Source: Lophium mytilinum
Lineage: Eukaryota
Assembly (NCBI GenBank): GCA_010093605.1
Contig: MU004182.1
Span: 1,521,032 to 1,585,031 of the forward strand
Direction of reading: 5' to 3'
Length of the DNA: 64,000 nucleotides
The notes under the pieces are model-generated. The model saw only the letters and a program-made list of their open reading frames with translations. It searched no databases and was not told the origin of the DNA. Both the position numbers and the translations under genes were made by a program. Numbering within the stretch: the stretch's first letter is position 1; each line of letters begins with the position of its first letter. Of the stretch, positions 1 to 10,279 are shown piece by piece.

Positions 1-359
1 TCGCGGAGGTAGGCGAGGCCCATCGTGTCCGCGCCGCCGGCATTGGACATGATGAAGGTGTCGCCGTGTGCAATGGCTGTGTCGAGGTGTGATGCGTACT
101 GTGTATGGAATTGGGCGGTCGTTATGTCGATGTGACCCGAGATGAAGGCGACTCGTGGCCGTCTGCTATTTGCTGGATCTTTTTGGGGTAACCCCGTCGC
201 TGGTGATTCAAGAACTGGTCTTGAGTTTGATTGTGGAGATATGTTTGTTGATGAGGCTATAGCTTTTGGGGATGGTTGAACCGTTGATTTGGGCTGTTGG
301 GGAGTGGATGGCCTTCCTTTGCCAGCGACGGCTGCCCACGAGAGCGGTTGAGACTCCAT
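1..359 (-). CDS. 5' part of a conserved fungal protein with a SLOG-like (YspA/DprA-type Rossmannoid) domain; runs off the window start
   Basis: Manual translation from ATG at 359 is open to position 1: MESQPLSWAAVAGKGRP...RRPRVAFISGHIDITTAQFHTQYASHLDTAIAHGDTFIMSNAGGADTMGLAYLR. The AFISGH and GGADTM motifs resemble SLOG-fold signatures. Absent from the ORF track because it is truncated. Confidence 0.6.
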   Translation of the reverse strand, partial: MESQPLSWAAVAGKGRPSTPQQPKSTVQPSPKAIASSTNISPQSNSRPVLESPATGLPQKDPANSRRPRVAFISGHIDITTAQFHTQYASHLDTAIAHGDTFIMSNAGGADTMGLAYLR

Positions 360-1113
360 TTGAAGAACGCGAAAGATGAAGGCAATCGTAAGTTCTTGAA
401 ATGTTCACTCTTGACATCCCGTTGACTGTCGAATGGAGGCCATTCAGATATAAGTCAGATATTATGCGTGAGTCATCCAGCCACAAAGTTGACTCGTGGC
501 TGTGCTGTAGGCATAGACATCTAGCACACGGGGCATAAGATCTATAGGTGACACGATTCTTTGAACCAGCCGTGCTGGGTGCGTATGCTACTGTTTGGTG
601 TGCTTCAATGAGGTCCCCAGAATTTATTCGTGACGGAAGTTTCTCACTTTGGTCTTCACTGTTCTTCACTTTGAGCTATCTAACAAAACATTGAAACAGT
701 CCAACCAGTGGCGTCAAAGCGTACACACAGGTGGGATTCCTATCACGTGCTACGCTTTCTCGCCGGGCGTGCCTGGGTAGTCCAATGAGTACACCGACCT
801 TTCGAAGTCATAGGCCATCTTTAGTCCCTCAACTGAACCTTGCCTTACTCTATTGGGAGATTCTATGCAAAGAATTCTTGAAGAATACTGACTTCTAGAT
901 CTCGGTGATCTCAATAGTGATGTTGAGATATGTCTTCATAGTGAAGGCGCTCACCGCATCTTGCAGGGCATACATCGTACGATGCGCACGTGTCTTAAAA
1001 ACTCTATCCGGAAATGACCATTCTGCCGGTACACGAAGTCCTCATGCGGACTACTTCTCTCTTCTCTCTGAAGTTGCATTCCTAACCCTCAACATCAACG
1101 TCAGTCTCCAAGG

Positions 1114-1509
1114 ATGGCTTTCCATCCTGGCCTCGGCCCAATCGGCACCCTCCGAACCTCCATCTTCCTCAGCTTCGCTTTCACGTCCATGGGCATCTTC
1201 ACCTTCGTCTCCCCTACTCAACCTAAAGTTTTCGGACTCCCCTCTGAGATCGCCACCCGGGTCTGGAGCCTCGTGAGTGTCCGCGACATCACCATGGGCG
1301 TGGCATACGGAGTCCTCGCGTGGCAGCGCAACTACGCCGGTATCAAAGCGCTGATAACTGCTCACGTTATCACTGGCGGCGTGGATGCGGCGACGGTGTG
1401 GAAGTATGGCGAGAAACCGAAGACGTGGGGCCACGCAGCTGGCACGACGGCGATGGCGGCCATTGTTGCGGGGTGGTGGTTGAATGGCAGAGAGGCTATC
1501 GAGTTTTGA
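1114..1509 (+). CDS. Small multi-pass membrane protein, DUF4267-like
   Basis: 131-aa intronless ORF with about four hydrophobic segments. Has the FGLP...RD...G...D..V..YG....WGH pattern typical of DUF4267 proteins. Confidence 0.72.
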   Translation: MAFHPGLGPIGTLRTSIFLSFAFTSMGIFTFVSPTQPKVFGLPSEIATRVWSLVSVRDITMGVAYGVLAWQRNYAGIKALITAHVITGGVDAATVWKYGEKPKTWGHAAGTTAMAAIVAGWWLNGREAIEF

Positions 1510-1840
1510 GGAGAAGAGGGGATGCTACCTCACCGATATGTGAGGCTGCCGACAGGTATCGTCTTCCAATCCATATCGCTTTATTCTAGCACTGACCGGC
1601 CAGTTAACAAGTCAAAGGGAAAATCCACTGGTCCTCATCACCATTGCGCACACTCCAGTAGACCGACTAGGGGCAAATCCTTATTCTTTGCGGAGACAAT
1701 AGAGGAAATAGTCGAACGGGGTTCTAGAGGGGGTTGGTTTGGCTAGACGCGGTTGCGGATAGATGCTTGCTCAACTTTGGTTTAGCGGTAACTAGTCGTT
1801 GCTTTCGGTGTCATCCACGAATCAGATAACCAATCTTTAT

Positions 1841-1970
1841 GGACGAGTCTAATTATCACCCCCCTTTTTGCTACGTATCACCCCCCTTTTCACTCCATAT
1901 CACCCCCCCTACTTTTGACTAGCTCCGGGCCCGTATTTACATTGTTCCACCAATCAAACTCACTCGCTTG
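1841..1970 (+). repeat. Left TIR of the MULE
   Basis: Identical to the reverse complement of the right end over 1841-1954; beyond that only C/T differences (1955, 1961, 1967). Contains three TATCACCCCCC motifs. Confidence 0.94.
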
Positions 1971-2061
1971 GCCCTCTTGTGCTCAATTCGAATTCAATCA
2001 CCTACGTATTCTCTCTCTCAATGCATCAACACCACTTCCTCTACTTCATCACTTCATCACC

Positions 2062-4458
2062 ATGCCCCTACAGCCGCCCCCCTGGGGCCTCCACGCCTCC
2101 GTAGAGGAAGGTATGAAGTCTATTAATGCGTGGGCAAAGCAGAAAGGCTATGCAATTGTCAAATACAACAAAAAAATGGACAAGCGCATGCCCCCCCAGG
2201 TGCGCAAGGTGATGGTTCAATGCAAATGCGCAGGAGAATACAAGCCAGCCAATAGGAAGCGCCTAACCTGTTCGAAGAAGTCCAATTGCCTTATAAAAGG
2301 GGCCTTCACGAGAGACCTACTGCGAGGTAATTGGCTCTTTAAGGTTGAGGTTTCAGCTCACAATCACAAGGCGTATGATGCTGAGGATGGAACTCCAGCT
2401 GCGCATCGAGATCTCAATAAGGAAACCGTCCGAACTATCTACAACCAGCTCAACGGAGGCACGCCCGTAGGAGCTATCTTCAACAACCTCTTAGCTGAGG
2501 GCAAAGATGTAACCATAAAGGACCTCTACAACAAGCGCGTACAGTGGAAGAAAATGAAGCTCCAGGGCCTTACTCCGACTCAGGCTATACTCAAGGTACT
2601 TAAGGAACACGGCGGCAATAATCCGGACGCTCATTACCACTACAAATACAAGCTAGATAAAGTAAACCGGGTCAAGTACTTATACTTTATGCATCCTTAG
2701 AGTATTAAGATGTTTCAACACCATCTAGATGTCGTTCTTCTTAATTGCACCTATAAAACCAATCGCTTCAAGATGCCGCTCCTCCACATTAACGGCGTTA
2801 ACAATCAGGGCAAGAACTACAAGCTTGGCTATTGTTTCCTTCTAGAAGAAGAAGAGGAGGACTATATCTTTGCAGTGCGACAGCTTTACCTAATATGCCA
2901 GCGCCTAGGAGTTTTACCAGGCGTTTTTATTACGGATAAAGAGCTTGCACTCAAGAATGCGCTGGCTGAGTTCTTTCCTACTATTCCTCAAATCCTGTGC
3001 AAATGGCACGTGCAAAAGAACATCGCCAGCAAGGCTATAGCCGTTTAGAAGGTAGATAAGCAGGAAGCAACTAACGCTATTAATGTACAAGCTCCAGCAC
3101 GTGCCTCTCAAGATCTAACAGCAGCTGAGGTGGAAGCTATTCAGAGAGATAGGAAGAAGTTCATCAACAAGTTCAATTTCTGCCTCGCGAAACCTACGAG
3201 GCTCGCGTTTGAAGCTGCCTGAAAGAAGATAGAAGAAGACTATGCGCATAAACAAGACCTAGTCGATTACCTTACTAAAGAGTGGTGGCCTTTTCAACAG
3301 CAGATTACTAAGTACTATACCGCTCTTCTGCCGCACTTCGGAAATACTACAACCTCACGCCTAGAGGGCTCAAACAGCAGCATCAAGTCCTATCTTCAGA
3401 TCTCGACTGGCGACCTCTACAACGTTGTCACCCTTCTCTCTCAATACATTCACCGCCAGAGTGTAGAGCTAAAGGACAAGCTCGGCCGCCAGCGTAGAGC
3501 TCCGCAGCACGTCGTTCGGATTCCTAAGTTTAATGAGGTTCTTCGGAAGGTTACTAAGCAGGGCCTAAGGCTACTCGCTGGCCAGATCAAGAAGGCAAAA
3601 GCCGACAATTTCAACCCGGTATGCAACAGGATATTTAGGGGGACGTACGGCATGCCGTGCTGTCATGAAATACACTAAAAACTGCACGCTACTGCGACCT
3701 CTACGTATACAGTTGTCCTGGAGGATGTTCATCAGCACTAGTGGTTCAAGCGGCCCGTTCCAAACGAGGTAGACCTGCCTATAGATCCTCTCCTCCTTAT
3801 TAAGGCTCCGGCTATTATACTACGCCGCAAAGGGCGGCCAACAGGCTCTGCTGCACCTCGTTAAACTACGCGTGGCCGTGGCCGTGGCCGTGTTCGTGCG
3901 CCTGCAAATGCAACTCGGCGTGATCCATCTCAATTCGAACACAACGCTCAACAGGACCCAGTGAGTATAGCTCAGCGCGCGCGACGACGTGGTGGAGGGC
4001 CAGGATCACGTAGGGGAACGTCGCATCTTCGGCGAGCTCAAAAGGCTACTGCTCGTGCAGAATAAGCGGCGAGTGTTGCAAGCAGACAGGAATCAACTCA
4101 ATCGATGCAGATTAGAACACAGGGCAGCCAAATTACTATAACAGGCGTCTCTACGGGCACGCCGGGGGTCGAGCGGACTATCTAGGTGTTGAACGATCCT
4201 ACACAGTTCACAAATACAGCGCCAAATCGCTCCGCTGGACAGGCAGGCACTCCAACAGCTACTCAGGGCTCAATTTCCTTAGTCCCCGACAGCCAACCAG
4301 GCCCTAAGAATGCCCCTATGTCCACGCCAGAGGAAGAAGCTGCCCGTAGTAAAGGAACTAGAGGATATTCGGGCGTGAGGCCATAGTATACAGGCCTAGT
4401 TGGCGTTCCTTTCGGCCAGCAATTAGATGGTGGCCATCTAGGCGCCTTCCGCTTCTAG
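2062..4458 (+). pseudogene. MULE transposase pseudogene (FAR1-like N-terminus, DDE domain, SWIM finger)
   Basis: Track ORFs 1915-2700, 2710-3048 and 4186-4386 share one frame broken by in-frame stops (e.g. TAG 2698 and 3046). Motifs: INAWAKQKGYAIVK; LLNCTYKTNRFKMPLL (canonical D-x-TYKTN); ITDKELAL; LCKWHVQKN; CNRIFRGTYGMPCCH; RKGRP. The frame ends GAFRF* at 4458. Confidence 0.9.
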
Positions 4459-4562
4459 ACTAGCTTCAATAGATAGAGTAAATAGACTCCTAATAGCTAG
4501 TATACTGCAGCCTTTCCATTTTATAATGCATACTTACCATTTTGCGCAGCCTTCTATAAAGT

Positions 4563-4692
4563 CAAACGAGTAAGTTTAATTGGTGGAACAATGTAAATAC
4601 GGGCCCGGAGCTAGTCAAAAGTAGGGGGGGTGATATGGAGTGAAAAGGGGGGTGATACGTAGCAAAAAGGGGGGTGATAATTAGACTCGTCC
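4563..4692 (-). repeat. Right TIR of the MULE
   Basis: Reverse complement of 1841-1970, followed immediately by the TSD ATCTTTAT. Confidence 0.94.
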
Positions 4693-5958
4693 ATCTTTAT
4701 ACTATTCGGATTCAGAAGACGGATGCTGCTAGCGCGAGTCGTGACCATCACGTGATGATCTCGTCGTCATTGATCTTGGGAGTACTTTCATCCCAATATA
4801 AACGAGCTCACAATTAAAAATGCCTACCAAGACTTCAAAATAGTCGAAATGAATTCTAAGGCCGAGCACTCACCTGTGTACCTGTACAGGTTCCACTTAC
4901 TCTTTGTCCTTTACGCATCCATCACGAGCATCGCCTTTCTACGCGTCGCGCGACAGCCTTACAGCAGGCGCCTCAAGACGGAACAATATGAAACCATTTT
5001 CAAAGCTACGACGCTAGGTTCTGCTGTCGCGGGCATCGCCATGACGGGCGGATGGAACAAACCAAGGAGTGAGATCTGGAAGTGAGCTCCGGAAGCGCAA
5101 CAAAGCGACCGACTCAGCCACGTCCGCGCGAGGAGCGGCGATGAAAGACATTAGACGCCTGGGACAGCCTCGTTTGATCGGTCCGGGGAGCAAGTGGGCC
5201 GCCTTGCCCAGGGAGGAGAAGACGGATTGCGGACGTGCTTGTCAAGCGTGCTTGTCAGAGAATGTCTTGAAGGACACCAGCAAACGCTAGGTCGAACTCA
5301 GCGGTCACGGATTGCGGAGTCCGGGTGGTGAAGACGTCTGTAGAGTCGATCTATTGGGAGAGTCGCGTGGTGATAGCAGTCCTCAGGCGACGGAAAGGAT
5401 CAGGAACACGGCGGAGAGACGCGAAGGCATCAATGGATTCCAACGGCGGGCCCCCAACGCTTATAGGAGCTGGCCAGCACTGTAATTAGAACGTCTCCAC
5501 GGCGTTGTCGCATCAGCAAGCATGCCGCCTCGCCGTGTCGCGGGTGAAACCACTTAGTTGTCCGAATCGAGCAGCGCGTAATTTTGGTGTTCTCCGTTGC
5601 CATAGGCCGGCTTCTTGTCACGGCTGACCCAGCTGCCATCCATCACCTCTCCCAACTTCGACAGCACCATTGTACCACAAAGACTGCCTCACGCCGCCTC
5701 CAGTATCCAGCCTTCTTCACCATACCCTCCGCCAGCCAGGAGAGCGAGCTGTCGTGGTTCTTCTCCGCAGCACCCCTCATCTGCAACGGGACCTCTCACC
5801 CGACCCTCCTTCTCCGCACCCAGACAACTACCAGCTATCCAGACTCCGCTTCATTTACGCAATCGCCTCCGCACGCAGCTCCCTTTATCTGGACTCGATC
5901 CTAGCTTCCCAGCGCCTGCCTGCCTTCGCCTGGCTGGTGACCAGCTGTTCCAGCTATC

Positions 5959-8590
5959 ATGAAGGCTACGCCGCTCCTCGTCTCTTGGCACAACGAGAAT
6001 GCTCCGATATACTCGGCACACTTCGAACCCCATGGAAAGGCCCGCCTAGCTACTGCTGGAGGAGACAACAATGTCCGGGTAAGCTCATCTCCAGGCCTCA
6101 GTCCACAAGACTTCTGCTAATGCATCGAGCAGCTGTGGAAGGTTGAAGCATCCGGAGATGAGAGAAAAGTCGTCTATCTTTCCACCCTCATAAAGCACAC
6201 GCAAGCTGTGAATGTGGTCAGATGGAGCCCTCGGGGTATGTGCCCTCCAGTGCCGTCTCAATTGCTCTCTCTAACATGCATACAGGCGAGATCCTCGGTA
6301 GTGCCGGAGACGACGGCAATATCCTCCTATGGGTTCCCGCTGAGAATCAATCACATCCAGCCGCATTTGGCGAAGATGGTCTGGAGGACAAGGAGACATG
6401 GCGAGTCAAGCATATGTGCCGCTCGATGGGCTCCGAAATCTACGACATGGCGTGGTCTCCGGACGGTGCATTCTTCATCACAGGCAGCATGGACAACATT
6501 GCGAGGATATACAACGCCCAAACAGGTGAGCCAGGCAGCATTCCAGAAACCGAAGAGTCACCACTAAATACAACATAGGAAACTGTGTTCGTCAAATTGC
6601 AGAGCATAGTCACTACGTGCAAGGCGTAGCCTGGGACCCCCTCAACGAATACGTTGCAACCCAATCCTCCGATCGATCTGTACACATATACACGCTGAAG
6701 AACAAGGATGGACACTTCTCCTTGGCCCAACATAGCAAAGTCTCGAAGATGGATTTGCCAGCCCGGCGAATATCTTCGAATAGTCCGGCGCCCCCAGACT
6801 TCGGAGGTCGAGCTTCTTTCCCCACACACGAATCGGCCCTCACTATCGGATCACCTATACCTTCAGCACCAGGCACTCCCAACTCTCTAGCTCTGCCAAT
6901 GAACCCGCCACCGACATCTCATAGCCGCCGCTCGTCCTTTGGTTCGTCGCCGTCGATGCGCCGATCTGTTTCCCCAGCCCCGTCGATGCCTCTGCCAGCG
7001 GTGATGCCGAACTCGCCCAGCATTTCAAATCTTGGAGTTGGGGTTAGGAATGCGCCGATCTACGCCAACGAGACCTTCACTTCCTTCTTCCGCCGCCTTA
7101 CGTTCGCTCCAGATGGTAGTCTGCTGTTCACGCCCGCCGGACAGTATAAGACACTCCACCCGTCATTGAGCGAGCTGTCCAAAGGATCTGACGATATCAT
7201 CAACACAGTCTACATTTACACTAGAGCGGGCCTGAATAAGCCGCCAATCGCGTATCTTCCAGGACACAAAAAGCCCTCAGTCGCCGTGCGATGCTCCCCT
7301 ATCTACTACACGCTCCGTCAGCCTATTCTAACAACCAAGCAAATCACCATAGACACGACATCAGCAGAGGACGAGATACCAGCCCTACCAGAACCTGCTC
7401 TGCCATCCAAAATGCCTCCTTCCAATTCATCAATGGACCCCCCTCCGCTTACTAGTGTTCCTTCGCCATCGCCGAGTATGACCGCTGGTTCGCCTAGGCC
7501 TTATGACTCCGATTCTGCTACTCCAGGTAGTTTACCTTCTGGACCTCCTTCGGCCTTCAACCTTCCCTATCGGATGGTCTATGCTGTTGCAACACAGGAC
7601 GCGATTCACGTATACGACACGCAACAACAGAAGCCGCTGTGTGTTGTTAGCAACCTTCATTTCTCCACCTTTACTGATCTGAGCTGGTATGTCTCGTCTT
7701 CGCATCCTTTCAAACAATCCCATATCTGCGTCGAGGGAACAAATCATAATGCTAACACACTCGTCAGGTCCAACGACGGCTTAACACTGTTAATGTCATC
7801 CTCCGATGGTTTCTGCTCCGCGTTGACTTTTGCGCCTGGTGAGCTTGGCCAAGTATATCATGGCCCAATGCCATCGCAGGCAAAGCATCACCACACGCCA
7901 TCTTCCATCAATACCGCCAATGCTGCTTCTTCAAACCACTCTACTCCAACACCGACTCCGACATCAGCATCGATACCCACCTCAGTAACGCCAGGCGCAG
8001 TACCTATGCAAAAGCAACCCTCGGCTGGATTCCCCGCATCGCCATCATCATTTGCTCCGGCTCGACCTGGTAGCCCGACTAGGAGTAATTCTGTTTCCAG
8101 CGTAGCGACCATATCTTCTCTCCAAGCAACTGGAACAGGGGGCGCAGCTGGTGTTGCTCCAAGCCCTGGCGGAGGTGCTACCACCGACTATGGTGTCGTA
8201 TTAAATCACTCTACTCCGGTCATGTCAACCGTGCCGAGCGTCGCAGCCACGAACTCTGGCACTGTAGGCGGCATGCCGATGTGGACACCACCCCTGACCC
8301 CTGCACAGGGTGGTGGGAATACTCACAGCGCGTCTAGCTCTGTATCTGGCTTCGTTGGCGGCGCTCAATGGGTCGACGGATCAAGCATCAGTGCCCCCGA
8401 AAATTCGAGGAGGGAAAGCGAGAGCGAGAGGAGCGAACGTGCTGAAAGCGTCGCCTCGAGCGTGAAGCGCAACGCGGATGCCATCCCAACGACAGAAGAC
8501 AGGGCGGGAAAGAGGCGGCGGGTTGCGCCTACACTTGTCAGCAATGGTGGGACAGAGCCTGACGGCAGTGCGCCTCATCCCTCTGAATAA
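5959..8590 (+). CDS. CAC2: Chromatin assembly factor 1 subunit B (p60/Cac2), WD40 protein
   Basis: Spliced model with introns 6079-6132, 6236-6285, 6526-6578 and 7687-7767 (all GT..AG). Gives MKATPLLVSWHNENAPIYSAHFEPHGKARLATAGGDNNVRLWKV...HTQAVNVVRWSP...HSHYVQGVAWDPLNEYVATQSSDRSV...SFFRRLTFAPDGSLL. C-terminal Asf1-binding B-domain-like KRRRVAPTLV. Confidence 0.93.
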
Positions 8591-9421
8591 TGGCGGTGGA
8601 GCTTTCTTTTTACTTCAACGTTGATTGCGCGAGGACTCCTGCGAAGGCGCTACCCGGCGCTATGGCTGTACGAATATCCTCTTTTTTCATAGTTTTAGTC
8701 ATGATTTTCTCATCTAGCGTTCATGGCTGTGAGCGTTCATGACTACCCCAGGTAAAGGCGCGAGGCGCGTTTTAGGATCTTTGGGCTAGTACATGGGTAT
8801 TCTCCTTTCTCTTTGAGACAAAATGTAGTGCCAGTGGTCATATTGATTGAGATGACGTGGGGTTGTGCAATACGATACCAATTCTTGAACAAGATGAAGG
8901 ACTATGCAATTTCGGTAGATTAACCCATTTTACCACGCGACTTGACGTCGTTAGAAGTAAATTGTGTTGGTGTCTCTTTTCTGGTAAGGCGCTATCGTCA
9001 ACTTCCCTAACTTTTACCAAGGCCTACCTCAACATCTATAAAGCAACCTTTTTCCTCGCTCTATTCACCAAATATCAGCATTTGTAACCCTTCTCTTTTT
9101 CTTCCGCTTTTCAAGTTTTGCCCTGGCCCTCCACTATCCTCCCCTGCGAATGTAAAATTTAAGTGCCACATTCCTCTCCACTTAATATATATCCACTCCG
9201 GAATTATGGGCCGAACTCCCCAAAATTGAAGATCATAAAGAGTGTCGGGAGAGAGCTACACTTGCAGCCATATGACTTCTCCGGTAGCGCCAATGGAAGA
9301 CGGAGGCTTAGGCTGCGCAATTAAGCACATAAATGCCTCCACTTCGCCCATCTCCTAACATTCGCCTTCCTCTTACCCGTCATCATCATTATCAACTATT
9401 TCCGGTAATCCCTTCGCAACA

Positions 9422-10229
9422 ATGCTCCGCCAAACCGCCCTCCTCGCCCTCGCCCTCGCCCTCCTCCCCCTCTCCCTCGCCCAAATCTCCGAAGACTTCG
9501 AAACCGGCTGGAACCAAACCGCCTGGCCCATCTACGCCCCCGACTGCAACCAAGGCGGCGCCATAACCCTCGACAGCACGACCGCCCACAGCGGCAAGAA
9601 CTCGCTGCGCGTCGACAGCCCGGGCGGCTACTGCGGCCACATCTTCTTCGGCACGACGAGGATCCCTAGCGGCGACGTTTACGTGCGGGCATACGTGTGA
9701 GCTCCCACCTCCATGCTCTCAACACTATCCCACTACGAGGGCGGTGAAAGCAACATTAGCAGTTCTAATATATATATATGGTTTTAGTAAGGCTTCGAAA
9801 GCCCTAACCGACTCCCACGTCTCCTTTATTACTATGCCCGACGCCGCGCAAGCCGCCGGCAAGCACCTCCGCATCGGCGGCCAGAGCCAGATCCTCATGT
9901 ACAACCGCGAGTCCGACGACGCGACGCTCCCCGACCTCTCGCCGCAGGGGATCGCGGCGTCCACGGCTCTGCCAACGGGCAGCTGGCAGTGCTTCGAGTA
10001 CCATCTGGGCGCTGATGGGTCGATTGAGACGTGGTTGGGGGGGACTGCGATTCCGGGGCTGACTGTGAAGGCGGGGGTTGCGAATGCGGATGCAGAGCAG
10101 TGGCAGAGGAGTAGTTATGTGCCGAAGATTACGGGGGTGTATTTTGGGTGGGAGTCGTATGGGGGGGATGCGAATACGTTTTGGTATGATGATGTTGTTG
10201 TTAGTGCGGGGAGGGTTGGGTGTGTTTGA
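9422..10229 (+). CDS. cip1: Secreted Cip1 (cellulose-induced protein 1) homologue, core domain only
   Basis: Signal peptide followed by QISEDFETGWNQTAWPIYAPDCNQGG...GYCGHIFFGTT...HLRIGGQSQILMYNRESDDATLPDLSPQG...FGWESY...RVGC, closely matching the Trichoderma reesei Cip1 core as recalled. One intron, 9697-9787. Confidence 0.9.
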
Positions 10230-10279
10230 TAGGGGGGTGGTTAGGGGGAAGTGTTGTGTTGAAATGCCTCTATACGGCT

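Larger units (their letters stand above)
1841..4692 (+). mobile_element. Mutator-like (MULE) DNA transposon, full length, inactivated by RIP-type mutations
   Basis: Termini GGACGAGTCT.../...AGACTCGTCC. ~130-bp terminal inverted repeats. 8-bp direct repeat ATCTTTAT at 1833-1840 and 4693-4700. Internal MULE transposase relic. Confidence 0.94.

Noticed and set aside
208..669. 153-aa minus-strand track ORF
   Set aside because: No recognisable motif and no ATG start. The plausible gene uses another frame, starting at 359.
4849..5962. Cluster of short ORFs upstream of CAC2
   Set aside because: Overlapping, low-complexity and motif-free; consistent with GC-rich promoter/5' UTR sequence.
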